Assembly: GCF_009914755.1 (NCBI RefSeq)
Contig: NC_060927.1
From: the human T2T-CHM13v2.0 reference genome, Homo sapiens
Direction: 5' to 3' (one strand)
DNA length: 64,000 nt
Under the pieces are notes generated by a model, which saw only the letters and a program-made list of their open reading frames with translations, ran no database searches and was not told where the DNA came from. Shown one piece after another: positions 24,780-38,630 of this stretch (position 1 is the stretch's first letter; every line of letters starts with the position of its first letter). The position numbers were made by a program, and so were the translations under genes.

Positions 24780-26276
24780 TGGTTTTTCTTTGGAATATTG
24801 TTAGTTCTTTAATGCTCCATTTTTTGGATATAAGAAACCCCTTTCTTTTTTCTCTTAAACTATCCATAAATTACAATGATTTAGTATATTATACTTTTGT
24901 AAACAGAAATGAAACATTTATCTTTTCCCTTTCCTGATCCCTTCAGAATTCCAAAGCTCTTTTTGAATATTCTTATTTTCATGGTAATATAATTATTTAC
25001 ATAAGTTCAATAAGAATCTACCTTTTTTATTTTACCAGGACATAATTGGAAACATTGGTTGTATTAACCAAGGCTTTGACTGGAATGTTATATTTAAGAA
25101 TAATAGGCATAGAATCAGATATGACCAGACAGATTTAAGGAGTTAAGGTTGACTTTACGGAACCAATGCTTAAAAAGCCCTTCTAGAAAAAATAGCCTGG
25201 GAACTAACTTATAGTGTTTGCAGCATTCCATGTGAGTAATGTAGTTTTTATTCAGGCAGGCCTAGGAAACTTAGAGTATTTTGGGGACTTCAAGGAGAGA
25301 GGGATTCACCCAAATTGATAGGTATTGAAGGTAAAATCTGGTGGCAAAGTCTTGGCTTGGTTTCCTAGTCTTGAGAGGATTTTAGAAGTCTAATCTGAGA
25401 TTCCTTATGAAAAGTTTCAGCAAAGCAAACTTAAAAAGGTCTTTGTGGTCAATTATAGTCTTGCTGCACCTAGGTAAACAATCATGCCAGATCTAATGAG
25501 ACCAGACTTATTCTGAAGACAAGAATAACCTTACTTTAGTTATCTTTAATCAAAATGAGGGTGATTGTAGTGAGAAATTTTGTATTTTCATGGAAAGCTA
25601 TAGCATACTTTTCTGAGTGTTCATTGTTTTAGAGCTATTTTTCGCCTCCTGGTAACTCCATTTTACTTTCTACTTTATTATCTATCTGTAAACTAGACTG
25701 GAACCTCCTCAACTTTTCTAGTTTCCTCTGAAATCTGGCTACATATCTCCAAATGAACATTTCCAATTTTTCTCCCACACTCCTGACTTTGCATTACTGA
25801 GAACTAAAACCTGATTGCCCATGTTCTTCTTGGGACTATCTAAAGAAGCCCTGTATTTGAAGCTAGATGTTTCCATGCTCTGTTCTGAGAAATAACCAAA
25901 ACTGCAGCACTGATGCATGTATCATCACCAAAGACATTCAAACTGCAAACCAGGAAATCTGTCAGCTCTCCACTGCCATCCTCACTCCACCATCTAAAAA
26001 TGCTTTTAACCCAACATAAACTCTTGTCAGCTGGTTATACTCTGGACTCAGAAACTGGGTTTTCAGCTTGCTTCAACCATTAATTTTTGTCTTACTTTGT
26101 TTTCCTAGAAACTCTCCTCCTTCAATACCTGACTACTTGCACCATCCAGCAGATATCCTCTACTACCAAGTCTCAACAGATGGTTCAGCTGGTCTTTAAT
26201 GAACAAAAGGCATTTGTGTAATGGACTCTTATTGCTCAAGAAGAATTTCTTCCTTCCTGAAACATGAGGAGAAACT
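24780..26276 (+). mobile_element. MER31/MER4-group ERV1 internal remnant
   Basis: gtaaacagaaatgaaacatttatc...cataagttcaataagaatct; ends in a purine tract (atgaggagaaac) before TG. Confidence 0.65.
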
Positions 26277-27072
26277 GACAAAAACTGTCTCCTTAACCAA
26301 ACCCTAGTCAGTTGCCTATAAGCCCTCTAGGCTGTGACCTTAGTGTCTATCCTTATCAGACACGCATTACACAACCATAGCAACAGTCTTGCTAAGTTGG
26401 TTTAACCAGAACCCCTACCCTTGATATCTGATTTAATTTATAATTCCCCTGAGTCCCCGAGGTGACATCCATTCATCCTGGCCAGCTTTCAATAAGAATC
26501 CTATTGGGTTATTTAGCTAGAAATCACCCCTTACACTTAATGCTTCCTTTTAGTAATTTTGCATCCACTAACCCCGACCTTGCTCGTTGGCTATAAATCC
26601 ACAAGTTGTCCGTGTTGTGTTTGGAATTGATTACAATTCTATATTGAGGTCTCTTTTCCCATATTGCAATAGTTCCTGATTAAAATCTGCTTTTGCCCAT
26701 TGATATGGTTTGGTTGTGTACCCACTCAAATCTCATCTTGAATTGTAGCTCCCATGATTCCCATAATTGAATCATGGCAGCAGTTTACCCCATACTGTTC
26801 TTGTGGTAGTGAATAAGTCTCATGAGATCTGATGGTTTTATAAGGGGTTTCCACTTTCACTTGATTCTGACTCTCTTTCGTTTGCCGCTATGTAAGACAT
26901 GCCTTTCACCTTCTGCCATAATTGTGAAGCCTCCCCAGCCACATGGAACTGTGAGTCCGTTAAACCTCATTTTCTTTATATATAAATTACCCAGTCTCAG
27001 GTATGTCTTTATCAGCAGCATGAAAATGGACTAATACACTCCTTTAACTGTGTAGCTCTGGTGTTCTTTGAT
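26277..27072 (+). mobile_element. MER31-type 3' LTR, interrupted by a THE1 LTR
   Basis: tgacaaaactgtctccttaaccaaaccctagtcag...cccttgatatctga; resumes tttaact...ttctttga. Confidence 0.7.
26701..27038 (+). mobile_element. THE1 solo LTR
   Basis: tgatatggtttggttgtgt...tatgtctttatcagcagcatgaaaatggactaataca. Confidence 0.92.
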
Positions 27073-29965
27073 GAGCTAGAAACTGTAAATCTCTGGAAGT
27101 CAAATCTTCATTTGAACTGGTTGTTATATATTATTGATTCTCTCAATTATTTAGTTAAATAAAAGTCTTGACATGTTAAATTTGTATTTGCAGTTGTGAT
27201 TTTTATCCTCTTCTAAAATGTATCCTGTTACAGTCCCACTAATATAGCCCCCATTGAACCTCACATGTTATTTGAAGTCACTTTCCTGACACAGTAGGGA
27301 TGATGATTTTTGCCAGGGATCTGTAGTTTTTGGGATGCTGCATGATTGTGCAAGTTTTGTAGTACTCAGCTCTAGATGGTGCCATTCACATAGAGCATGG
27401 GTAAAACTTTGTAGATAGTAAATACGCCACAACTAGTAAACTCTACTACTGTAGCTCAAAAGCAGCCATACACAATATCTTAACGAATAGGATTGACTGT
27501 GTTGCAAAAATATTTTTTTAAATTTTTTATTTGGTTTTGGTTTATAATTTTAAAAATAATTTCAAGTTTTATTTTAGATTCAGAAAGTACATGTACACGT
27601 TTGTTACATGGCTATACTGCATGATGCTTAGGTTTGGGGTATGATTGATTCTGTCACCCAGGTAGTGAGCATGGTATGAAATGGTTAGTTTTTCAAACCT
27701 TGCCCCCTTTCTCCCACCTCTATTAGTCCCCAGTGTTTATTGTTGCCATCTTTATGTCCATGAGTACCCAATGTTTAGCTCCCACTTATAAGTGAAAACA
27801 GGTAGTATTTGGTTTTCTGCTTCTGCATTAATTTACTTAGGATAATGGCCCCCAGCTACATCAATGTTGCTGCAAAGAACACATGTTCATTCCTTTATAT
27901 GACTGCGTAGCATTCCATGTTGATTCCATATCTTTACTATTGTGAGTAGGGCTGTCATAAACATATGGGTGCACATGTCTTTTTGGTAGAACAACTTATT
28001 TTCTTTTGGATATATACTCAGTAATGGGATTGCTGGGTCAACTGGTACTTTTGTTTTAGGTTCTTTGAGAAATCTCTAAAGCACTCTCACAGTGGCTGAA
28101 CTAATTTATATTCCCACCAACAATATATAGGTGTTTCCTATTCTCTACAACCTTGCCAGCATCTGTTGTTTTTTGACCTTTTAGTAATAACCATTCTGAC
28201 CAGTGTGAGAGGCTATCTCACTGTGGTTTTGATTTGCATGTCTCTGATGTTAGCTATGTTGATCATTTTTTTCATATGTTTGTTGGCTGCTTGTATGTCT
28301 TCCTTTGAGAAATGTCTGTGCATGTATTTCACCCACTTTTTAATGTGGTTGTTTGCTTTTTTTCTTGTTGAATTGTTTAAGTTCCATATAGATTCTGGAT
28401 ATTAGACCTTCATTAGATACAGAGCTTGCAAATATCTTCTCCCATTCTCTGGACTGTTTGTTTACTATGTTGACTATTTCTTTTGCTGTGCAGAAGCTCT
28501 TTAGTTTAATTACGTCCCACTTGTCAATTTTTATTTTTGTTGTGATTGCTTTTGAGGACTTAGCCATACACTTCTTCTCAAGGTTGATGTCCAGAATAGT
28601 GTTTCCTAGGTTTTCTTCTAGTATTATGACAGGCTGATGGTCCAGTTTTATTTGTCTGCATATGGCTAGCCAGTTATCCCAGCACAATATATTGAATGGG
28701 GAATCCTTCCCCATTGCTTATCTTTGTCAACTTCATGAAAGATCAGATGGCTGTGGGTGTGTGGCTTTATTTCTTCTATTCTGTTCCATTAGTCTATGTG
28801 TCTCTTTTTGTATCAGTCCTACGCTACTTTGGTTACTGTAGGCTCATGGTATAGTTTGTAGTTGGATAATGTGATGCCTCTGACCTTGTTCCTTTTGCTT
28901 AGGATTTCTTTAGTTATTCAAGCTCTTTTTTTGCTTCCATATGAATTTTTGAATAGTTTTTTCTAATTCTGTAAAAAATTACATTGGTCATTTGATAGGA
29001 ATAGCATTGAATCTGTAGATTGCTTTGGGCAGTATGACGATTTTCATGATATTGATTCTTCTCATCCATGATCATGGAATGTTTTTCCCTTTGTTTGTGT
29101 CGTCTATAATTTCTTCTAGCAGTGTTTTGTGGTTCTCCTTGTAGAAATCTTTCACCTCCTTGGTTAGATGTATTCCTTGTTTGTGTGTGTGTGTTTGGTG
29201 GCCATTGTTAATGCAATTGCATTCTTGATTTGGCTCTCAGCTGGGATGCTGGTGTATAGAAATGCCACTGATTGTTGTACATAGATTTTGTGTCCTGAAA
29301 TTTCACTGAAGTTATTTATCAGTTCCAGGAAACTTTTAGCAGAGTTGTTAGGGTTTTCTAGGTATAGGTTCATATCATCAGTAAAGACAGATAGTTTGAC
29401 TTCTTCTTTCCCTATTTGATGCCTTTTATTTCTTTCTCTTGCCTGACTTCTCTGGCTAGGACTTTTAATATCATGTTGAATAGGAGTGGTGAGAGTGGCG
29501 TCCTTGTTGTGTTTCAGTTCTCAAAGCAGATGCTTCCAGTTTTTGCCCATTTAGGGTGATGTTGGCTGTGGGTTTGTGAAAGGTGACTCTTATTGTTTTG
29601 AGGTATGTTCCTTTGATGGCTAATTTGTTGAGGGTTTTTATTATGAAAGAATGTTGGATTTTATCAAAACCATTTTCTGCATCTTTCGAGATGCAGAATC
29701 ATATGGGTTTCGTTTTTAAATCTGTTTATGTTGTGAATCACATTTATTGATTTACATATATTGAATCAACTTTGTGTCCCAGGAATGAAGCTTACTTGAT
29801 TGTGGTAAATTAACTTTTTGATGTGCTGCTGGATTCAGTTTGCTAGTGTTTTGTTGAGGATTTTCATGTCCATGTTCATCAGGGATATCAGTCTATATAA
29901 TTTTTTGCTGTTGTGTCTGTCAGGTTTTGGTATCAGGGTGATGCCAGCCTCATAGGATCAGTTAG

Positions 29966-32315
29966 TGTATTAATCTGTTTTCATGCTGCTGATAAAGACA
30001 TACCCAAGATGGGGCAATATACAAAAGAAAGAGGTTTAATTGGACTTACAGTTCCACACAGCTAGGGAGGCCTCACAATCATGGCAGAAGGCAAGGAGAA
30101 GCAAGTCACATCTAGTGGATGGCAGCAGGCAATAAAAAGAGATTGTGCAGAGAAACTCCCATTTTTTAAAGCCATCAGGTATTGTGAGACCCATTTACTA
30201 TCACGAGAACAGCATGGAAAAGACCAGCCCCCAAGATTCAGTCATCTCCCACCAGGTCCCTCCCACAATACGTGCGAATTGTGGGAGCTACAAGATGAGA
30301 TTTGGGTGCGGACACAGAGCCAAACCACATCATTCCACCCCAGCCCCTCCCAAATTTCATATCTTCACATTTCAAAATGAATCATGGCTTCCCAACAGTC
30401 CACCAAAGTTTCAACTCATTTCAGCATTAACTCAAAAATCCATGGTCCAAAGTCTTATCTAAGACTGCCCATTCCTACTGCCCATTAGCCTGTAAAATCA
30501 AAAGCAAGTTAGTTATGTCCTAGATACAATGGGGGTATAGGCATTGGGTAAATACAGCCATTCCAAATGGGAGAGATTGGCTGAAACAAAGGGGCTACAG
30601 GCCCCATGCAAGTCCGAAATCCCGCAGGGCCGTCCAATCTTACAGCTCCAAAAATAATCTCCTTTGACTCCATGTCTCACATCCAGGTCATGCTGATGCA
30701 AGAGGTGGGTTCCCAAGGTCTTGGGCAGCTCCACCCCTGTGGCTCTGCAGGGTAGAGCCTCCCTCCTGGCTGCCTTCATGGGCTGGCATTGAATGTCTGC
30801 AGCTTTTCCAGGTGTACACTGCAAGCTGTCAGTGGTCCTACCCATTCTGGGGTCTGGAGAACAGTGGCCATATTCTCACAGCTCCACTAGGTGACACCCC
30901 AGTAGGGATTCTGTGTGGGGGCTCCTACCCCACATTCCCCTTCTGCACCACCCTAGCAGAGGTGGGTGAGGGCCCCTCCCCTGCAGCAAACTTTTGCCTG
31001 GGCATCCAGGTGTTTTCATACATCTTCTGAAATCTAGGCAGCGGTTTCCAAACCCCAGTTCTTGACTTCTGTGCACTTCTGGGCTCAACACAACATGAAA
31101 GCTGCCAAGGCTTGAGGCTTGCACCCTCTGAAGCCACAGCACAAGCTTTATGTTGGCCCCTTTCAGCCATGGCTGGAGGAGCCTTATGTTGGCTCCTTAG
31201 GATGAGAGGCGCCAAGTCCCTAGGCTGCACACAGCACAGGGACCCTGGGCCCAGCCCACGGAACCACTTTTTTCTCCTAGGCCTCCAGGTCTGTGATGCC
31301 AGAAGCTGCTGTGAAGACCTCTGCCATGCCGTGGAGACATTTTCGCCATTGTCTTGGTGATTAACATTTGGTTCCTTGTTATTTATGAAAATTTTTGCAG
31401 CTGGCTTGAATTTCTCCTCATAAAATGGGATTTTCTTTTCTATCACGTTGTCAGGCTGCAGATTTTCCTAACTTTTGTGCTTTGCTTTCCTTATAAAACT
31501 GAATGCATTTAACAGCAGCCAAGTCACCTCTTGAATGTTTTGCTGCTTGGAAACTGAATGCCTTTAACACCACCCAAGTTACCTCTTGAATGCTTTGCTG
31601 CCAGATAACCTAAATCATCTCTCTCAAGTTCAAAGTTCCACAGATCTCTAGGGAAGGGGCAAAATGCCACCTGTCTCTTTGCTAAAACATAACAAGAGCC
31701 ACCTTTGCTCTAGTTCCCAACAAGTTTCTCATCTACATTTGAGACCACTTCAGCCTAGACCTTATTGTTTATATCACTATCAGGCTTTTGGTCAAAGCCA
31801 TTCAACAAGTCTCTAGGAAGTTACAAACTTTCCCACATTTTCCTGTGTTCTGAGTCCTCCAAACTGTTCCAACCTTTGCCTGTTACCCAGTTCCAAAGCT
31901 GCTCCCACATTTTTGGGTATCTTTTCAGCAATGCCCCACTCTACTGGTACCGATTTACTGTATTAGTCTGTTTTCATGCTGCCAATAAAGACATACCCGA
32001 GACTGGGCAATTTACAGAAGAAAGAGGTTTATTGAATTTACAGTTCCATGTGGCTGGGGAGGCCTCACAATCATGATGGAAGTTTAAAGACACATCTCAC
32101 ACGCTGACATACAAGAGAAGAACTTGTGCAGACAAATTCCCATTTTTTAAAAAACCATCAGATTGCATGAGACCCATTCACTATTATGAGAACAGCATGG
32201 GAAAGGCCCACACCCATTATCCAATCATCTCCTACTGGGTACCTCCCACAACATGTGGGAATTATGGGAGCTATAAGATGAGATTTGGGAGGGGGCACAG
32301 AGCCAAACCATATCA
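29966..32315 (-). mobile_element. Full-length THE1 (LTR 29966-30332, internal 30333-31958, LTR 31959-32315)
   Basis: Two direct LTRs tgtatt...atca, about 1.6 kb of THE1 internal sequence, exact TSD gttag. Confidence 0.96.
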
Positions 32316-34089
32316 GTTAGGTAGGAGTCTCTCCTTCTAAATTTTTTGGAATAGTTTCAGTAGAATTAGTACCAGTTCTTCCTTGTATTACTGGTAGCAT
32401 TTGACTGTGAATCCATCTAGTCCAGAACTTTTTTCTGGTTTTTAGCTTTTTTATTACTGGGTAAATTCTGTACATGATACTGGTCTGTTCAAGGTTTCAA
32501 TTTCTTCCTGATTCAATCTTGGAAAGTTGTGTGTTTCCAGGAATTTACTCATTTTCCTCTAGTTTTTTTAGTTTGTATGCATAAAGGTGTTTCTACTAGT
32601 CTCTGAGGATCTTTTGCATTTTTGTGGGATCAGTAGAAATGTAACCTTTGTCATTTCTGATTGTGCTTATCTGATTTACCTCTCTTTTTGTCTTTATTAA
32701 TCTAGCTAGCAGTCTATAGATCTTGTTCATCATTTTAAAGAGCCAACATTTGGTTTTGTTGAGCTAAAATGTATGGATACTTGGTTCTCAATTTTGCTCA
32801 GTTCTGCTCTTAGTTTTTTTTTGTTTTTCTGCTAGCTTTAGGGTTAGTTTGTTTTAGTTTTTCTAATTTTTCTAGGTGTTTTGTTATTTCATTAATTTGA
32901 GAAGTTCCTAACTTTAGTACTATCAACTTTCCTCATAACACTGCTTTTGCCATATCCCAGAGATTTTGATATGTTGTGTCTCTGTCTTCATTTATTTCAA
33001 AGAACTTTAAAATTCCTGCCTTAATTTTGTTGTTTACCCAAAGATGTTCTTTCAGGAGCAAGTTGTTTAATTTCCATGTAATTGTATGGTTTGGAAATAT
33101 TTTCTTGGTACTGATTTCTATTTTTATTCCACTGTGGTTCAATAGTATTATTGGTATAATTTCAATTTTTTGAATTTATTGATACTTGCTTAATGGCGAG
33201 CATGTGGTTGATCTTTCAGTATGTTCTGTGTGCAGATGAGAAGAATGTGTATTCTGTGGTTGATGGATGAAGTTGTCTGTAGATATCTATTAGGTTAAAT
33301 TGGTCAACTGTCAAATTTAGTCCAGAATTTCTTTGTGTTCTGCCTTGATGAACTGTCTAATGCTGTCAGTTGGGTGTTGAAATCCTCCTCTATTATTGTT
33401 TCATTGTCTATGGCTTTTTGTAGGTCTAGAAGTACTTGTTTTATGAATCTAGGTACTCCAATGTTGGGTGCACATATAATTAGAATTAGAAAATCTTCTT
33501 GTTGAATTGAATCCTTTGTCATTATATAGTACCCTTTTTTGTCCATTTTTTCCCTGTTTTTGGCCTAAAGTCTGTTTTATGTGATACAAGAATAGAATCT
33601 TTTTCATTTTCTATCTGCATGATAAATCTTTCTCCAATCCTTTACTTTGAGCTTTTGAGTGTCATTACTTGTGAGATGGGTCTCTAGAAGATATCACATA
33701 GTTGGGTCTTGCTTCTTTATCCAACTTACTACTGTGTGTCATTTAAGTGGGGGAATTTAGACCCTTGACATTGAAAGCTAATATCTAAATCTGAGGTTTT
33801 CATCCTATCATGAAATTGTTAGCTGGTTACTTTGTAGTTTCTACTTTGTGGTTGCTACTGTGTGCTTGCCTTATAGGACCTATGGGCTATGTACTTAAGT
33901 GTGTTTTTGTGGTAGCAGGTATTCTTCTTTTGTTTCATGTTTAGAACTCCCTTAAGGATCTCATGTAAGGCTGGTCTAGTGCTAGCAAATTCCCTTAACT
34001 TGCCTGTCTGAAAAATATTTTATTTCTCCTTCACTTATGAAGCTTAGTTTACTGGGATATAAAATTCTTGATGGGAATTTCTTTTCTTT

Positions 34090-34591
34090 TTTTATTTTAT
34101 TTTATTATTATTATACTTTAAGTTTTAGGGTACATGTGCACAATGTGCAGGTTAGTTACATATGTATACATGTGCCATGCTGGTGTGCTGCACCCATTAA
34201 CTCGTCATTTAGCATTAGGTATATCTCCTAATGCTATCCCTCCCCGCTCCCCCCACCCCATGACAGGCACCGGTGTGTGATGTTCCCCTTCCTGCATCCA
34301 TGTGTTCTCATTGTTCAATTCCCACCTATGAGTGAGAATATGCGGTGTTTGGTTTTTTGTTCTTGCGATAGTTTACTGAGATTGATGATTTCCAATTTCA
34401 TCCATGTCCCTACAAAGGACATGAACTCATCATTTTTTATGGCTGCATAGTATTCCATGGTGTATATGTGCCACATTTTCTTAATCCAGTCTATCATTGT
34501 TGGACATTTGGGTTGGTTCCAAGTCTTTGCTATTGTGAATAGTGCCACAATAAACATACGTGTGCATGTGTCTTTATAGCAGCATGATTTA
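34090..34591 (-). mobile_element. Young L1PA2-4-like 3' fragment
   Basis: ttatactttaagttttagggtacatgtgcac...; TSD tcttttcttt at 34080 and 34592. Confidence 0.94.
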
Positions 34592-36929
34592 TCTTTTCTT
34601 TAATAATACTGAAAATAGGTCCTTAATCTCTCTTTGCTAGCAAGGTTTCTACTGAGAAGCCTGTGTTAGCCTGATGGGTTTCCCTTTGTACATGATCTGA
34701 TCTTTTTCTCTAGCTGATGTTAATATCTTTTTCTTTAGCATTGACCTTGGACAGTCTGGTGACCATATGCCTTGGTGATATTTGTATTATATAGTATCTC
34801 CTGCATATTCTCTGGATTTCTTGTATTTGTGTCTACCTCTCTAGCAAGATTAGGAAAATTTATTTGAATTACTCCCTTAAATATGTTTTCCTAGTTGTTT
34901 ATTTTTTATCTTTCCCTCTCGGGAACGCCAATAACCTCTAGGTTTGGTGGTTTTACATAATCCCATATTTCTTGAAGACTTTGTTCATTTTTAAAATTCT
35001 TTTTTTTTGTCTGACTTGGTTAGCTTAAAAGGCTAGTCTTCATGCTCTGAAATTCTTTTTTCTGCTTATTCCAGTCTATTGATAAAACTTCTAACTGTAT
35101 TTTGAAATTTTTCTAGTGAGTGTTTCAATTTTGGAAGCTCTGGTTGATTTCCTTTATAGATGTTTATCTTTTACTTCATTTCCTGGATTGCTTTAGAAGT
35201 TTCTTTGTGTTGATTTCCAACTTTGTCTTGGATCTTGTTAAGCTTCATTGCAATCCATGCTTTAAATTCTTTATCTGTCATTTCTGAATTTTCATTTTGG
35301 TTAGGAACCATTGTAGGAGAGCTAGTGTGATCCTTTGGTGGTGTCACTACATTAAGATTTTTCATGGTGCCAGAATTTTTATGCTGGTTCCATATTATTT
35401 GAAGATGCTGGAATTTCTAATTTTTGTAATTTTTTGTGGGGGTGGAATTTTTTCTTTTTCTTTCCTTCCCTAAAATATTATTGTTTTTTTTTTTTCATTT
35501 GCTTTTCCCTTTCTCCCCCTCTCTAGGGGATGTGACTGTAGAGAATATGCATAGGGTCTTTTGGCTTCAATTCTATAGCCCTATGCACCTCTGTCAGTAG
35601 GTTTTATATTGGGCTGTTCAGTTCAACCTGTAAGCTAGTAGATGGCACTTACAGACAAGACTCAGATGTGGCCAGTGTGGCTGGGTATATACTTGATCCT
35701 TGTTTACTGGAAGAAACTCTCTGTTGCATCAGCCAATGGGTTGATCTGTGGAATGCTCAGTGGTCCGAGTTCCCTGTTCAGCTCCAGGGAGAGGAGATGG
35801 GGGCAATATGGGTTGGCAGGCACAAACACTAGTGCTGGGGGAGAATCCCATGGGTGACCACCAGGTTCCCAGAGGTGTGCCTAGGCATGGAGCTGGGAAA
35901 CCTCCTCCCTGGCCCCAAGTTATCTGCATGGGGAGGGGAGTCAGCCTAAACTCCTAATGTAAGAGAGTGGAGCTCCAGATGCCTGGAGATTTGCCTGAGC
36001 ATGGAGCAAAGAGGACCCCACTTCACAACAGTCTTTGTATAGGAAGGACTGGCTGGGTCAGGCTGCTTATTCAGGTGATCAGGTGCTCCAAATGTCTAGT
36101 GATCTGCCTGGGTGTAGACAGGAGAGAACCCACCCTACACCAGGATCTTTTTATTAGCCAGATGCTGTCACAGGGGCTGTTTACCCATGTTCTCATGCCC
36201 AGGATTTTGGATGTCCTTCACAATTCTGGTGGATTCCAATTTTCCTTCTTGAATTAAAACTCACAGAGATGATCTTTATGTACTGTCTTGCTATTTACAA
36301 GTGTCTGAGGCATGCTAAAAGCTTCTAATCTGTCATCTTTGAAAAAAACTTTATTTACAAAACTTGGTGCCAACCTGCAGGCTGCAGTTTGTCAACTCCT
36401 GATATATGCTATAATGTTCTGGCAGTAATCCACCTTGGAAACCTCTAGGAGAATGAGAAGGAAGATTTTTCTATTAGTATCCCTCTCTTCTCTGTTCCCC
36501 TACTCACCCTTCAAAAGGCACTTGACTTTTTCTTGCCATCCTCTAGCATAATATTCAGTAAGTCTAGTGTTTGAAAATGAGATACAGGAGGGAAGTTGTT
36601 ATGAAATTTTGCTTTGGTCCTATAAATGTCCCTGAATAAAAGAACAAGAAGACTAATGACCTTGCTTGAAAATCCAAGGTAAAAAATATAATGAGATCAA
36701 AACATTAGTTGATATTTCAGCAATCTATCCTGTCATAGACATAAGACCCATTTTTTATAATCATTTTCTAATGATTTTCTAACTTTTGTGAAACACTTCA
36801 TAGTTTTCTAAATGCTTTTCAGCATGTACACAAACATAGAAAGCAAAGAAGGAAGAACTAAGTCAGTGGTGTTTTGATCAATGTTTAACAATTGGCTAAT
36901 AATTTAGGCTAGGTTAGAAGGACTGTATG

Positions 36930-38630
36930 GTTCCCCCTGGTGTTTTTGGAATGCTTGCCCTGGAGGAAATCTGCCACCATCTAGGAAATCTTACTACCTG
37001 GAATCCACCATTCTGAAGAGGACACATGTAAGTTCTTTGGTAGAGCCACTATATTAGGCTGTTCTTGAATTGCTAGAAAGGAATATCCCATTGGTTCATG
37101 GCTCTGCAGGCTGACAAGCATGGCACTGCATCTGCTTCTGGTGGGGGCCTCAGGAAGATTCCCATTATAGTGGAAGCTAAGGGGAGCAGGCACATCACAT
37201 AGGGAGAGTGGGAGCAAGAGAGGAGACTAGGAGGTGCCACACACTTTTAAACCACCAGATATCATGAGAATTCGCTCACTATCATGAGGGCAGCACCAAC
37301 CCATCCATGAGGGATCTGTCCCCATGACCCAAACACTTCCAATCAGGCCCCACTTCCAACATTGGGAATTACATTTCAATATGAGATTTAGAGGGTACAA
37401 ACATCCAAATTATATCATTCTGCCCCTGGCCCTTCAAATTTCATGCCCTTCTCATATTGCAAAATACAATCATCTCCTGAAAATGGGCTTTTCTTTTCTA
37501 CCACATGGATAGGCTGCAAATTTTGCACATGTTTACAGTTTTCTTTTTAACATAAGTTCTAACTTTAAGTCCTTTCTTCACTCCCACATCAACGTGTAGG
37601 TTTTTAGAAACAGGTCATACCTTGAACATTTGCTGCTTAGAAATTTCTTCCATCATATATGCGAAGTCATCACTCTTAAGTTCAAGCTTTCATTTATTCC
37701 TAGGACATGAACATAATGCAGTCAAGTTTTTTGCTAAGGCATAACAAGGATGACTTTTACTCCAGTTCCCAATAAGTTCCTAATTTCCTTCTGAGACCTC
37801 ATCTGCCTGGCCTTCATTGTCCATATCACTATCAGCATCTTGATCACAGCCATTTAACCAGTCTCTAAAATAAGTTCTAAACATTTCCTCATCTTCCTGT
37901 CTTCTTCTGAGCCCTCCAAACTCTGCCTGTTACCCAGTTTCAAAGTTGCTTTCACAATTTTAGGTATCCTTATAGAAAGATCCCACTCCTTGGTACCAAT
38001 TTTCTGTATTAGGCCCTTATTGCATTGCTATAAAGGAATACCTAAGGCTGGGTAAATAAAAGAGGTTCAATTGGCTCATAGTTCTGCAGACCATATAAGC
38101 GCGGTGCTAGCATCTGCTTCTTGTGAGGGTCTCAGGAATCTTCCAATCATGGCAGAAGGAAAAGGGGGAGCAGGTGTGTCACATGGCAAGAGCAGGAGCA
38201 AGAAAGAGAGGGGGAAGATGCCACACACTTTTAAACAACCAGATCTCACATGAATGCACTCACAATCACCAGGACAGCACCAGGCCATGAGGGAGCAGCC
38301 TCCATGACTGAAACATCTCTCACTAGGCCCCACCTCCAACATGGAGGATTATACTTTAACATGAGTTTTGGAAGTGATAAACATCCAAACTATATCAGCC
38401 ATTACCAGCTGCCAGCTATATGAGTGAGCTGTCTTGGATGTCAAGGCTAGTTAATCCTTCAGATAACAGGGATGAGCTGATGTTTGATTGCAAATATATT
38501 GGAGGCCCTAAGTGAAAACTACCTAGCTGAACCAATTGTAATTCCTAACCCACATAATTATAAGAAAAATAAAATGGTGGTTGTTTTACAACGCTAATTT
38601 TTGAGTAGTCTGTCATATGCCAATGTGAAC
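36930..38630 (+). mobile_element. MLT1H-like LTR split by an MST element
   Basis: ctgccaccat...gacacatgtaag, then ccagctgccagc...ctgtcttggatgtc...aaaatggtggttgtttta. Confidence 0.6.
37050..38397 (-). mobile_element. Two-LTR MSTA-type element with deleted internal region (LTRs 37050-37417 and 38005-38397)
   Basis: Both LTRs t(a/g)tattaggc...tatatca; MaLR internal sequence between them; TSD gccac/gccat. Confidence 0.9.

Larger units (their letters stand above)
27515..36341 (-). mobile_element. Near full-length decayed L1 (L1PA16/L1PB age) with nested insertions
   Basis: 3'UTR at about 27540; ORF2 peptides ([14 protein letters not shown], IYAPNxG-like, EDFNT); ORF1 start region TPPKDHTSS; 5'UTR ending near 36340. 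Confidence 0.92.
27396..36401 (+). mobile_element. MER58A split into halves (about 27396-27512 and 36342-36401) by an L1 composite
   Basis: gatagtaaata...aaagcagccatacacaata...ctgtgtt, then aaaactttatttacaaaa...gtttgtcaactcctg. Confidence 0.75.

Noticed and set aside
30513-31446. Cluster of long ORFs on both strands
   Set aside because: All lie within THE1 internal sequence and are frameshifted relative to each other
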